Origin: Octopus sinensis
Taxonomy: Eukaryota
Direction of reading: 5' to 3'
Length of the DNA stretch: 64,000 nucleotides
NCBI RefSeq assembly: GCF_006345805.1
Contig: NC_043020.1
Location: 24,180,001-24,244,000 of the forward strand
In this document: positions 1 to 12,920 of the stretch, piece after piece
Numbering within the stretch: the stretch's first letter is position 1
Layout of the letters: every line of letters starts with the position of its first letter
Notes under the pieces: model-generated
Database searches by the model: none
The model's input: the letters and a program-made list of their open reading frames with translations, nothing else
Told to the model about the DNA's origin: nothing
Program-made: the position numbers and the translations under genes

Positions 1-263
1 TTGAAAGCAACACTTTCCACCTCACCCTCAACTTCCTTTTCAAGTGATACTTGAAAGAGTTGAGGGCTTGGCTGAGTGTCTGTCTTTAGCCCTTTCAAAC
101 GGGTCCACCATACTACTTATTTAACTACAGCCACAAGACAAATAAAAATTGCCTACTCCTCCCGGCCAAAAGAAGGCGGCGACGCAATCCTCATGATGGA
201 TTCAACTGATAGCTGGATCTGTCCTACACTCGACAGCAGGTGTTCGACATAAACCCACAGGTC
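1..263 (-). mobile_element. C-terminal fragment of an L1/Tx1-type LINE ORF2
   Basis: Minus translation DLWVYVEHLLSSVGQIQLSVESIMRIASPPSFGREE*AIFICLVAVVK*VVWWTRLKG...KYHLKRKLRV resembles the post-zinc-finger region of Tx1/L1 ORF2; contains stops. Confidence 0.65.
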
Positions 264-276
264 AGTAATAATAATA

Positions 277-407
277 TTCTACTTTAGGCACCAGGGTTGA
301 AAATTTGGGGAGGGGAATAGGCGGTTCCATCAACCCCAGTAATTGACGGGTATATATTTTATCGTCTCCGAAAAGCATGAATGGGAAAGTCGACATCGGT
401 GAAATTT

Positions 408-439
<32 letters not shown>

Positions 440-833
440 TCTACTATATGCACAAGGCCTGAAATTTGGGAGAGAGAGATAGTCGATTACATCAACCACA
501 GTACTTAACTGGTACTTAATTTATCGACCCCCAAAAGGATGAAAGGCAAAGTTGACCTCGGCGGAATTTGAACTCAAAATGTAACGACAGGCGAAATACC
601 TATTTCTTTACTACCCACAAGGGGCTAAACACAGAGAGGATAAACAAGGACAGACAAACGCATTAAGTCGATTACATCGACCCCAGTGCGTAACTGGTAC
701 GTATTTAATCGACCCCGAAAGGATGAAAGGCAAGGACGACCTTGGCGGAATTTGAACTCAAAACGTAACGACGGGCGAAATATGGCTACGCATTTCGCCC
801 GGCGTGCTAACATTTCTGCCAGCTCGCCGCCTT
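277..833 (-). mobile_element. Cluster of tRNA-derived SINEs (family M, central GTCGACTTTGCCTTTCATCCTTTCGGGGTCGATAAATTAAGTACCAG domain)
   Basis: Three overlapping or tandem copies with B-box-like GAGTTCAAATTCC. The central domain resembles the Sauria/MetaSINE domain (from recall). Confidence 0.85.
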
Positions 834-1597
834 CGGTAAAAAAAAAAAAAAAAAAAAAAATAATAATAATAATAATAATAATAATTTTCTAAATAACTTT
901 TTATATTTTCCTAAGGGTTTCGGGTGATTGTGGCATTACAATTAAGAAATATAATAAAACGTAGGAAATAGGAGAGCTACATGAGGGTCACAAAGGGACC
1001 CTTACACATCCAGTATATCTTTATAGCCAAAAGCATGTGCCGTCTCTCACGTGTGTTCTCTGGCCAATACCCACTTGCTGACAATAGGTTACATTTACTG
1101 GGGCCATACTCACCACTATCAACAGTATTTCAACTATTTTATATCTTAGAAAGTTAATGAGGGCTGAGGCCGTGAAGAAAAAAGTTATACTCAGTTAATT
1201 AACTGTATAATTACATAACCGTTCTTCATCAGAGCCACTTCGTAGCCACACGGATGACGTAGATTGGACCTTCGGGAAGACGCTTTTGGTCCCAAACCTG
1301 ATAATATTTTTTCAATTAAGTAACTGCGTAAGAGCGGTTTCAACACAGGCGGCTCAGAATTAAGATGTGTAGCTATGTAGCATTGCCAACTCAAGTATGT
1401 TTGGAAAGTATTTAAAGCCATGACATGAATTTTTTCAAGAAGAGACAATGGTATCTTTTCCTGAAGTCGACAAGAATCGGTCCAAGATTAACGTTGTTTA
1501 TCACTTGGCTGACAATGACAATTTATGTCATAGGGACGTTCAAGGCTTTGCACGGAAGAAGCATGAAGGGGTGAATAAATTTGACAAAAAGGGAAAT

Positions 1598-1641
<44 letters not shown>

Positions 1642-1904
1642 TTAGAAGGAGTGACGAAGAAGTGGGGGATAGACATAAATTTATTACGTAACATAGTATT
1701 AAACGGGGTCAGAGAGAATGAGACGGAGATTTTAATGATAAAATAATTAAGCGGGAACCAGATCTTGTATGAGGTCAACCATTCCGTATTGACCTCAGTC
1801 TCGCCGGAAACAGTTTCGCAATATTTACTAAGATATACAGGAGTTACTTAATTCAGGAATGAAAAAATCTCACACCAAAAAGATATTTTTAATTTCACGT
1901 AATC

Positions 1905-2170
1905 GACCAGGTTACCGGATGTTGTTATACAACGCTGGTCACAATGCATTTGGCGTCGTTTTATCTTTCGAATGATGTCACTCCGCTGTCTGGGCGAGCA
2001 GGATAACAATCCACCCCCAATCGGAATGCTACTCCATCGAACGTTCACGCATTTACAGCTACGTGGATTGGGGTTACTTGAAATGAAGTGCTTTGCTACC
2101 GGTCTGGAAATCGAACCCACGAACTCATGGTCGTGAGTGCAACCCGCGTAACCACTAGGCCACGCGACTT
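1905..2170 (-). mobile_element. tRNA-derived SINE (family R-related)
   Basis: Minus head GCGTGGCCTAGTGGTTA...GGTTCGATTTCCAGACCGG; tail as in 17880-17950. A similar copy lies at 16230-16505. Confidence 0.7.
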
Positions 2171-2384
2171 GTTACACAAACATACACACAAGCGCACGCC
2201 CCCACACATATATCTACATGTGTATGCGTATATTATTTATGTAGACACCCAAGAAAGACGGGGTGAAGTAGATTTAGAGATAAAGGTAGACAGATAATCA
2301 GAAAGCGACATAGGAGAATTGGAGGAGGGCATTGTGCAAAAAACATAATGGAAGCAGGGACAAGGAATTCCATATCGAATTTAC

Positions 2385-2550
2385 CTTTGATCTTTCGTAA
2401 ACTGGTTCTTGGAGAATAGACGTAATTTTCTCCAATGAATGGTACTTCAGAGCCATATTGCCAGGAACGAAGAACGTGAACTTTCCCTCATCGTTGAGGA
2501 ATTGGTCGGAAATATCTGTGAGAGCATCTGTAACCAGAGTTGAAATTTGA
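2385..2550 (-). CDS. Internal coding exon D of the fasciclin-domain gene (start of the next FAS1 domain)
   Basis: ttctttgtctttgcag|T CAA ATT ... AGA TCA AAG|gtaaat. 166 nt (phase 2 to 0), QISTLVTDALTDISDQFLNDEGKFTFFVPGNMALKYHSLEKITSILQEPVYERSK. FTFFVPGN is an H1 motif. Joins exon C in frame (AG|T = Ser). Confidence 0.9.
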
Positions 2551-2724
2551 CTGCAAAGACAAAGAAAATTAGAGTAACATTAATTATGCGTATATGAGAT
2601 ATACATACGTGCTTATAAATACGTGTATTATAATACAATTATGTGTTCTGTGTGTGTGTATAATTGTGAATATATAGGTATCAAACATATGCATGTATAT
2701 ATACATAGCTGTCAATACATTTGC

Positions 2725-2755
<31 letters not shown>

Positions 2756-2765
2756 GATATATATA

Positions 2766-2807
<42 letters not shown>

Positions 2808-2873
2808 AATCACTAGCTTCTATCCGCATTTTTTTTCTCTCCTTGTTTCTCTCCGTGTTTTTTTTTCTGTGTA

Positions 2874-2911
2874 TCTTTCTGTTGAAGAGCGTAGGCTCGA
2901 AACGTAAAAGA
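2874..2911 (+). ncRNA. Minimal hammerhead-like motif in a ~200-bp repeat between (TA)n runs
   Basis: UCUUU-CUGUUGA-A-GAGC(guag)GCUC-GAAA-CG-UA-AAAGA, with an A6U change. Paralog at 43942-43977. Confidence 0.5.
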
Positions 2912-3708
2912 CTTGTTTTATTTATATTCCTGAGCGCCATACTAATACATTGTTTGTTTGTACTCCACCTGTCTTCGTCTTTTGTTTATTTTCATAAAGC
3001 TTCCCGTTATATATATATATATAAGCACACAAATGCATGTATACGTATATGAATAGATATATAATCATGTATGTTTATTTTATACTTATTTACATATTTA
3101 TTCTCATATTGTTCTTTTATATTTGTTCGTGCACAACCGTAGATAATTTCAATTAAATACCACAAATTATACATTCACAGAACAAAAATATATTCACGCT
3201 TATACATACACTAGTACACAATGGAACACAACACACACAAACATTCAAATGCGCATACACTCACATACATGCAAACAGTATTAGTATATATGAACATGCG
3301 CACACAGACACACACGTATATATGTATATAAATAGATGTGTTTGTATATATATATATGTGTGTGTGGGGGGCATGTAATAATATTCATGTATGTATAAAT
3401 GTATAAACACACACTACACTCACATATAAACTCGCACCCTCATTTGTATATGTAAGTGCTTGATATATATGTGTGTGTGTGTATGTATATAATGTCTGTG
3501 TGTTGTTCTCTGACATTTGTCAAACGCATTGAACTGTGTCTGTATAGATCAGTGATCAATGAAGCTAGGAATAAAAGAAGCTGAACGCTCTAAACAACCT
3601 CGTCATCATCATCATCATCATCACGTCCATCATCAGTTTCATCCTCATCACCTATCATTGTTATCTATATCATGACCATCATAATAATCATAAAATATCG
3701 CCATTATC

Positions 3709-3755
<47 letters not shown>

Positions 3756-3943
3756 CCTTACTACTATAGGCACAAGGCCTTGAATTTGGAGGAGGGGGAT
3801 AGTCAATTACATCGACCCCAGTATTTAACTGGTACTTTATCGACCCCGGAAGGATGAAAGGTAAAGTCGACCTCGGTGAAATTTGAACTCAAAACGTAGC
3901 GACGGGCGAAATTCCGCTAACAATTCTACCAGCTCGCCGCCTT
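3756..3943 (-). mobile_element. SINE family M copy
   Basis: Aligns with 437-833 and 46241-46475; (ATT)n tail. A deleted copy lies at ~4250-4392. Confidence 0.85.
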
Positions 3944-3965
3944 AATAATAACAACAATAATAATA

Positions 3966-4240
3966 ATTTATTCTTTTATTGGCCACAAGGGCTCACATGA
4001 AATAACATTAAAAGACATATAACAACATTAAAGACAAAAACAGGACGATAGAATGGGTTTTCGCGTGTACACAATATAAATTATAAATTAAATTAAACTC
4101 CCAAAAATGGAGGCGCTTTAAGGTCCTCGTGGAAAAACCGACAAAAGCCACGGGTGCATGGACAACAGGGCAAGAGCCTTTCTTTTCTTTACAGGTGCAC
4201 GCTCAGAATTGGTCCTTTCACAGGCCATTCTTCAAACATT
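3966..4240 (-). mobile_element. Probable 3' end (last ORF2 codons + 3'UTR) of a Tx1-type LINE, embedded in (AAT)n
   Basis: Minus strand reads ...GPILSVHL* then a UTR ending ...CCCTTGTGGCCAATAAAAGAATAAA. Flanked on both sides by AAT runs. Confidence 0.5.
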
Positions 4241-5002
4241 AATAATAATGGTTTCAAATTTTGACACAAGTTCAGCATTTCTTCAAGAGTGAGGAGTCAA
4301 GACGATCACATTGATCCCCGCGCGTAAAGAGCGAGACGAAATTCTGCCAAGCATTTTGACCGGTGCAGTAACGATTCTGCCAGCTCGCCGCCAAAAAATA
4401 TTTCTTTTATAATTATCACTAGCAATGAAGCATCTAGTAATGTCTGTGCACCACACATATACAACCGAACAAAACACACACACACACACAGCTGAACACA
4501 TGTGAATAACATTTCCCCTCTTCCTCTCTTACACGCTCTCTCCTGTTTCATCACTTATTATATATATATGTACGTGTGTATGTATGTACGTATGAGTGTG
4601 TGTGTGTATGCGTGTACGCACAGAATGTACGGCTTTATGTACGTATTGAATGTAAAAACATGAGAGTAACTTTTTGATGTCGATCGGTCCATTATTGTTT
4701 TATGTAAATTCGATGCAACTATTGGACCATAACAGTAAATTCCATGTCCAAGAGAGGTTCTTTGTATAAAAGAGAAACGGGCAGAAACAGACCTGCTATT
4801 AACGAAGGATTTTGACTGTGTGTTTCTATTATATCTACATCCGGTTGAGCATGCGTAGCTTTGGGTCTATACCTATCTAAAACATTTCCCGATGTTTGAG
4901 TTAAACACACATATATGCACACCAACAAATAGCCTTCTCTCAGCCTCCCTAGCCATATCTTACTATATATATCCATTCATCTTTGTGCGTGTGTTTGTGT
5001 AC

Positions 5003-5038
<36 letters not shown>

Positions 5039-5090
5039 GCATGCACGCACACATATCCCCCCTCTCTCTCTATCGATCTATTTATCTACC

Positions 5091-5134
<44 letters not shown>

Positions 5135-6115
5135 TATATATATATAGATTAATATATATAGATATATATATATATAGTATATATTTACATGTCTATAAAT
5201 GTAGACGCACACACACTCACACACAGCTCTTCTTTTATCTAGCTGTCACTACATCTTTACATAAAGACAATATGTACATGTACATATTGAATTCAGGATA
5301 TTTATCACATCTCACTCCGTGTTCAGTCATCAATTAATATATTTGAGAAGATCAGATCTCCCCCATCCCCCCAGGTGTCGATATTGGCAGATAAGAGACG
5401 TGAGTTAGAATAGAGCTTAGAGACGGCCATAAAAACAGCCCGCTGACATGTTAACAATTATTTAAGTGCGCCATTGTTGAACTTATAAAGCAGTACATTT
5501 AAAAGATATGACCTGCCCAGGAACGACTACTGGGCATGTGTAATAGTAGTTTTGCAATTGTATGTAACTAAACTTTATATCATCAATGATCAGCTATAAC
5601 TGTACACGTCGTAACGAATTCATACCCACAAAACCGTACAAGGTAGTCGTAGACACGCAGTAACGAAGATAGTCGTTTCTCCTTTTATTGCTTTAAATCT
5701 TTCGACTCTGTTCATGATATGGCATCGCCTTCAAAGGTGTTGCTTAATTATATCGATCTCCATACTTAGCTTGATAATCATTTCTTGCCATTGATTTTTA
5801 CTGGTGATCGATCGGCGAATTTCACTTGTGATATGTTTTTTTTTCTTTCTTTCTTTCTTTCCCCATTGTTGGACATAAATACCCTACTGTATCTGCATCA
5901 CTCAGAGAGAAACTCAGACACCCAGCCCCTCCCCTACGACTCCACTCCCTCTCTCTCACTCATGTATATGTGTGGGGTGGGGAGAGAGAGAGAATTCATA
6001 ATAGTTGTGATTAAGTCTGCTATGGGAACCATCTTGTATGAGAGTGTGTATATATATATATAATATATATAATATTATATATATATCTATATATATATAT
6101 CTATATATAATATGT

Positions 6116-6158
<43 letters not shown>

Positions 6159-6689
6159 ATTTTCCCATCTAGTAACTGTGTTAGTCAACAATTAAGAAAA
6201 AACTAATGGTGAACCCTAAAGTCATTATAGATTGATTTATTCAAGTATTTACGTCGTTGTCGGTGTTGAATCAGAAAAGTGAATCTTCGCCAATCTTTCC
6301 GACTTCATAATATTATGTCAGGGAATTTATACGATAGCTACTGAATTACCCAAATCCTGAAATCTTGTAAAGTTACACAATTTAACTGATAAATCTTAGA
6401 CCTAATTATTGTTCGCTGTTCAAACTTAATTACTGACCCAAAAATTCCCTTCAAGTAATCTCCATTACTTTTCTAATGCTGCAATGACCTTTACTTTAAC
6501 CTTTTTTACCGTCTTCAGTTAAAGTACTTACATGTTCTCATATTCAAAACGTATTCTAGATTAGAGTACACAGCCGTATACATCTAATTATTAATACTTG
6601 TAACCACATCTTTAAAAAAATTCATTTTCCTTTCTACTTTTAGTTTATTTACTCTACAATTTTCCGTATCAATTTTTCCTGTACTCACG

Positions 6690-7200
6690 AGCATATCGGG
6701 CAGTAAGTTGACGCCATTGGTTTCTGTCTGTTGGTATTCCCTATCTCCGACCATGTGGTATTCCCTATCTCCAACCATGTGGTATTCCCTATCTCCGACC
6801 ATGTGGTATTCCCTATCTCCGACCATGTGGTATTCCCTATCTCCGACCATGTGGTATTAGCCTTTCTCATGACGGTTCGGAATTTTCTACGCCATGCAGT
6901 TTTCAATCTTCCTTTATTTGTTTCTCCATTCACACAGTAATGTCCTCTGAAAGCTGTTTTAAAAGGACGTCGTTCTGGTAGCCGGATTATGTGACCTGTT
7001 AGATTTAATCTCCGTTCTCATAGGATTTGAATAAGTGCTCTTGGCTTTCTGTAGAATGTGTTCTTTGGTTATGTGGTCTCACCATCATTTAATTATAGTC
7101 TAGCTTATATTCCAACACATTTGCTTTCTCAGAACATTGTTTCAAATTTGATACGATGTTTCCTTTCGGTTATTTGATTAAATAATACTATTGTTTCATC
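6690..7200 (-). mobile_element. RTE-clade LINE 3' fragment
   Basis: Minus translation across frameshifts gives DHITKEHILQK, RRLNLTGHIIRLPERR and GRLKTAWRR...NTTWSE, matching the RTE C-terminal pattern RRLRWxGHxxR...GRPxxTW. Confidence 0.7.
6732..6858. repeat. 24-bp tandem repeat, 5.3 copies (TGGTATTCCCTATCTCCGACCATG)
   Basis: Units start at 6732, 6756, 6780, 6804 and 6828, with a partial unit at 6852 and one substitution in unit 2. Confidence 0.97.
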
Positions 7201-7259
7201 ATTGACTAAATTTCTGTAAAAACATTCCACACACACACACACACAAAACACACACACAC

Positions 7260-7320
<61 letters not shown>

Positions 7321-7458
7321 TAGAATGACCTAAATGTGTCGAAAATAGTGTAGCTTAAAATATGTTTTGCTTAGTGAATAAAAACAAAGATATTAAGAAT
7401 CGGAAATATATGACAGATTTCATGTGATAGTCCTAAGAGAGATAGATAGATAGATAGA

Positions 7459-7501
<43 letters not shown>

Positions 7502-8365
7502 AGAGAGAGAGACAGACAGACAGATTATACGAAAACGGAACGCTAATGTGTAGTGTTAAAAAGGTGCTGTCTTGCAGTGAATTGATATTTTGATTATATT
7601 GAAAAGTACAATTTGATAAATCGATTAGGATTTTTCAGAATTTTCTAGACAGCGTAGCCTTTAATAATTACTTTCTTTTAGATGAAGTTAAAGACGCCAA
7701 ATTAACTGCGCAGCTTCCTTTATAATGGTATTCATAGTAGTTCTGTCAGTCTATACTTGAGAGAGAATGACAAGGTAACATGTACCAGGTTAGCTATTTC
7801 AAGTGGTTTCCCCCACCATTCTTGACCGAGCTAAACATCCAGGATGTGACAGATAGTTAAATAGAGCTGTATCAGTACACTGGTTGTACACGGTTACAGC
7901 CGAGTAAATTGCGGCAAAGTAAAATGAAGCAGCTTGATCCGCAAATCACTGCCCGGTCCGCAAATCAAACCCGTGACATTGCAATCAATAATTGAATATC
8001 TTAACCATTTCGCACCGTTTAAACATACACTAAATCGTTCGGCGTAGCAACACACAGTATTTTGTTAAATTTAAAATATTATTTTCTATATTTTTCACTT
8101 TACACCCGTTAGCTGGTATAAGCTGTTTTGTATACCTTATTCAAACGTGGAATATTTTCTCTATCTCTTTTACTTTTATGTTTTAGAATTTTTAATCCAT
8201 AATAATGTTGCATTTTTTAATTATTTCATGTTTCGCTTTGTCTCCTTCGCTGTATTCATTTTCACACATTTTCCGATAATTTGCTTTTGTACGGTTTCTT
8301 TATGTCGTCTTTCATTAAATAATGCATTTGTTTGTCATCGTACCCCCAAATTGCTTTACTATACC

Positions 8366-8431
<66 letters not shown>

Positions 8432-9054
8432 CAATACCAACGAATATACACATTTGTTATACACGCATACTATATACAGGTTTAACGCAGTCCTTCTGAA
8501 GATAACGTTATAATGCGGTTATGCAAATATTTTAAATTAAAATATTAATTGAAATACAAATTTTCTAGAATATCTTAAAAAAACACTAACTCTTACCTTA
8601 ATATTTCTATGAATGTTCACGGCTTTATTATGATTATTTTTTCAGATTTATTACCTTCGCCGATTTACATATATAACATTAAAACGACTTTTCCTAGAAA
8701 TGTTTACACATTTCTCGTTTCTAAACCACACCACCGACCAGCGTTGGTATAAATTTGATTTAATATTTTATGAACAAGATGAAATCTTTCAATAAATTTT
8801 CAATGAAGTTACAACTTTATACAACCATTTATTTCGGTGGATTCCTCGCATTTTGATGTTTTTTTTAATTACAATTCATAACTAAAGTTATTAATCTTGT
8901 GCAATAGCGTGTAGAGATGTACAGGAAAAAGTGATCCACATGATGTATGCATATATATATATATGTATATAATGTGTGTGTATGTATATAAATTTACTCA
9001 TATAGATGTATGTATAAATATATGTATATCTATATATATCTATATATATTATAT

Positions 9055-9090
<36 letters not shown>

Positions 9091-9679
9091 ATATAATCTA
9101 TATATTATTAATGTATTATGTATGTATGTATGTATATATACAGTCCTTGTACATAAGAGTCCTTACAGTATGATTGGAGAGAAAACTGTCCAAATGTATG
9201 CAAACATTCTTGAAAAGATCACTACTTCATGGAAAACTTGTACTAGTTTTAGTTGCAACACTCTTTCAATATCATTTTATTTCAGTAAACTCCATTCAGA
9301 CGAACACGTACTTAGATACAAAAACAAAAAACAAAACAAACATTTCGTTTGCTTCAGTGTATATAGAAAAAGTGAAGGGAAAACAGGCCACATCTTTTAA
9401 TATCTGGATCCGTAAGCTTATTATTAATTGGGTAAAATAACAAACGATTCCCTCAGATTGATTTCAAGAATGGGGCCCGGTGTAAATCATAATTAGATGG
9501 GTTACGGCTCTGAACTCAAGCTGGGAATATATATTTGAAAAAATATTTAAGAAAAAAAATTTAATCTATCTTTTTATCAAGTTGAGTCGGGCACTAGAAT
9601 AAACACATTATGAATTAGCTAAAAAGTGCGGGGACTATTATCGTTGCGATAAAAAAGACAAAGAGAGGAGACAACATGC

Positions 9680-10080
9680 TTATGGGCTAGGGGCCGGAGA
9701 CTGCCGTTTGTGATTAAATATCGGTCACTCAAGTTGCCATCATGTCTCCAAACGAGAACTGCGCGCGCATGCATCAGCCCATAGCCTCCCACTTCATAGC
9801 TATCCGTCCTCTGTCTCCCACTAGGTCATCCTACAAGTGCTTTTCTCTCATTCGATGCATCATCTGCGGGCTGGAAGAGGCCTCGTGACAAGCTCTGCAC
9901 GAGGCGGCTGGGCGAGATTGGGTAAGATCTTCACACGCTCGATGTCACCTTGGAAGATGAAAAAAGACTGGCACAGAATCATCGCCGGCGATGGAGAGCA
10001 CCAGATGACCTGGTAGGCTCTACGCAGGAATACGTCTCTGGGACCACCAACCCCAGCCCCACGAGTAAGAGCCTAAAACA
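9680..10080 (+). mobile_element. RTE-like LINE 3' fragment
   Basis: GC-rich island. Translation SAGWKRPRDKLCTRRLGEIG*DLHTLDVTLEDEKRLAQNHRRRWRA resembles the RTE end (WKRPRGRP..W...DL...A.DR..WR). Confidence 0.65.
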
Positions 10081-10680
10081 AGACAGCAAGGAAACTGTCC
10101 TTCTCTTGGAACAGTTCAAGATGTCTGTATGTCGAGCAACATCAATGACTCAGATCTGGGCTCACTATTCCATTGCGATTCTTCCAAGTAATAGGCCATA
10201 TTTCTTCACTTAGGCAGTCAAAGTTCTGTCCTGGGACACGTCTTTTGAAGGAGAAGCGGATTTTAGTTCCAACATTTATTTCTTTATAACTTTTGTGTAT
10301 CTTTAAGGAGCCTAACTGGAAGAATGCAGTTCTTAGTTGCAAGAGTTGTGAATGGATCACCATTCCTGATTTAATTGAACGCTGCTTGTGTATTCTTCAG
10401 GTAAGATATTCCAAAATCTAGTGAAACCACGGAAAACGTTTTAAGTATTAATAATCTCGGGGTAGAACTATACATCGCTGGTAAGGAGAGCTGTCTGCTT
10501 ACCTGTCTGTCTATCTTTCTATCAATACCTGCCTATCTCTCTATGGATACCTGTCTGTGGATGTCTATCTTTATATCTATATGCCTATGGATATCTATCC
10601 TTATATCTATTTATGTATGGATATCTATCTATTTATCTGTCTATGTATCTATGTATGGATATCTATCTATCTATCTATCT

Positions 10681-10746
<66 letters not shown>

Positions 10747-11693
10747 CATTCATCCTTATATCTATCTATGGATATCTATGTATTTATGTCTGCCTTTCTG
10801 TCTGTCTATCTCTGTATTGAATAGTATATTTTTATTTGTGGAAAAAATGTTTTATATATGGTGACAAGTATTCTATATTCTGTTTACTATTTGAGGCCAT
10901 TTTTCTCACTTCTTTAATTCATATAAAGTCATAGCAACAACTACCTGTTGACACATTGTGTACATTCTGAGGGTGAACATCTCGATTAGACGCTTCTTAG
11001 ATTAAAGAGCCATGCTCAATGTGTATGTATGTGTACGTGTGTATGACCTTGTCTGTATGAATATATGAAAGCACGCAGACGCACGCATAAATATGTATAT
11101 ATACAAGAATACGTATGAACACTTCTACATACATATACATACATACACACATGGATATATGTACACACATCATATATAAACATTTATAAATAAAAAATAT
11201 AAGCGTAGATATGAATACACACACAACTTGCCCCGATGTAGGGTGGCAATAGAACAATGTGCTTGGGAGGAGGTGGGGAGAAAGGAAACGAAAGTTGCGT
11301 GGAAGCTTGCCCTAAACGTTTAATTGAACCAAATAAAAACAACAACAACAACAACAGCAACACTTTAAATGCGACTAAAGTTGATGAGGAAATCCATATT
11401 TTATTGTTAATGTTTATCTTGAACCGGTTGACACCGGAATATTTCATTGAGCGTTATTGCCTGTACTGGGTGACCTTTCAACTTGTAACTACTTCAACAA
11501 TATAAATCGTTTAGCATTTCCTTTACATAATACTACTACTACTACTAATAATAATGAGTATAATATCATTACTATTATTATTATTATTATTATTATTACT
11601 ACTACTATAACTATTACAACTACTATTCGTTGTAGTAGTATTTGTGGTATTAGTAACATTGTATGTGCACGTTTAAGCTATGCACGGGTGGTG

Positions 11694-11730
<37 letters not shown>

Positions 11731-11804
11731 CATATATATATATATATGTGTGTGTGTGTATATATATATAATATATATTATATATATATGCACACACATG
11801 TATG

Positions 11805-11881
<77 letters not shown>

Positions 11882-11897
11882 TATCTATGTATATGTG

Positions 11898-11929
<32 letters not shown>

Positions 11930-12199
11930 ATATATCTATATATATATATATATATCTATATATGTATATATATATGTATATGCGGATGTGGTAGAGGGAC
12001 GTATCAGAGTGTTTAAAATAATCAGTAAGAAGAGGTCACTCTCAAACATGAATGTTTAAGAAGTGTAGAGATAATGTGTTTATTAACGACTTACAATATG
12101 GCCACATGTTGCGACACTCGCATCTTCGGAAGTGAGTCATTGTACCAGACCTAACAAAACAATCACACATTTGTATGGACTAGCTCTGCTCTCAAATAA

Positions 12200-12229
<30 letters not shown>

Positions 12230-12234
<5 letters not shown>

Positions 12235-12920
12235 GTTTTTTCAATTGCATGAACTAAAAGTCGGAAGGGGGCGGAATAGACTACCTTCATCATCAACTTG
12301 CAGGTAGTAATTTTACCTTGTCCTTATTCTTAGTGCAAGTTTTGAAGAGTGCAGTTCGATCTTAAAATTTATTTTTTCAAAGCTATAATGAAAATGACAA
12401 AGCATATTCAGCATATTTTGCGTTAAGAGTTCAATAAAGGCAACAACGCAACCGAAAGTGCGAAGAATATTAATGCAGTATATAGGAATCGGACAATAAG
12501 CGTAAGCCAGTGTCAACGGTGGTTCCAGAAATTCCGAGCTGGAAACTACAGCCTAAAAGACGAACCTCGTCCTGGAAGAACTGCAGAGCCCGACGAGGAC
12601 GTCCTGCAAAACCTGGTGCAACAAAATCCCATCGGTCATTTGGTCATTTATCGACGCCTGCGTGCCATCAGAAATGTCATCAAATTGGGTCAATGGGTTT
12701 CTTGCAAACTTTCTGAGTTAAATCAAACGCAGAGAGTGAATGTGTGCTCTCTTTGCTGCCACGTCTCACGAATCTGTCTGCTTCGAGTGAATCTCGAAGC
12801 AGACAGATTCATAAATAGCGTGTACAGTATTGGGTCTAAATCCCGTTGAGCAGTCCAAATGTTTTTTAACGCAGTATTGCTTTTAGCTTTGTTTGCTTCG
12901 AGATTCAGTCCCCAAAGTAT
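12230..12920 (+). mobile_element. Mariner-family DNA transposon remnant (transposase N-terminal HTH region)
   Basis: HIQHILR*EFNKGNNATESAKNINAVYRNRTISVSQCQRWFQKFRAGNYSLKDEPRPGR (~12403-12579) and GQWVSCKLSELNQTQRVNVCS (WVPHEL-like). Stops and internal deletions; ends approximate. Confidence 0.85.

Noticed and set aside
1191-1645. ORFs 1191-1448 (-) and 1448-1645 (+) as the next fasciclin exon
   Set aside because: No phase-0 acceptor followed by a FAS1 [FY]H-type motif; the next exon probably lies outside the window.
6732-6858. CRISPR-like array or repeat-protein ORF (MVGDREYH)n
   Set aside because: Units are contiguous with no spacers, the context is eukaryotic, and the repeat lies inside an RTE remnant.
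8494-8535. Hammerhead-like CUGAAGA-UAAC...GUUA-U-GCAA; similar partial motifs at 7325-7355, 18163-18240 and 44110-44175
   Set aside because: The core or stem I is too damaged to distinguish from chance, though they may be older pLTR relics.
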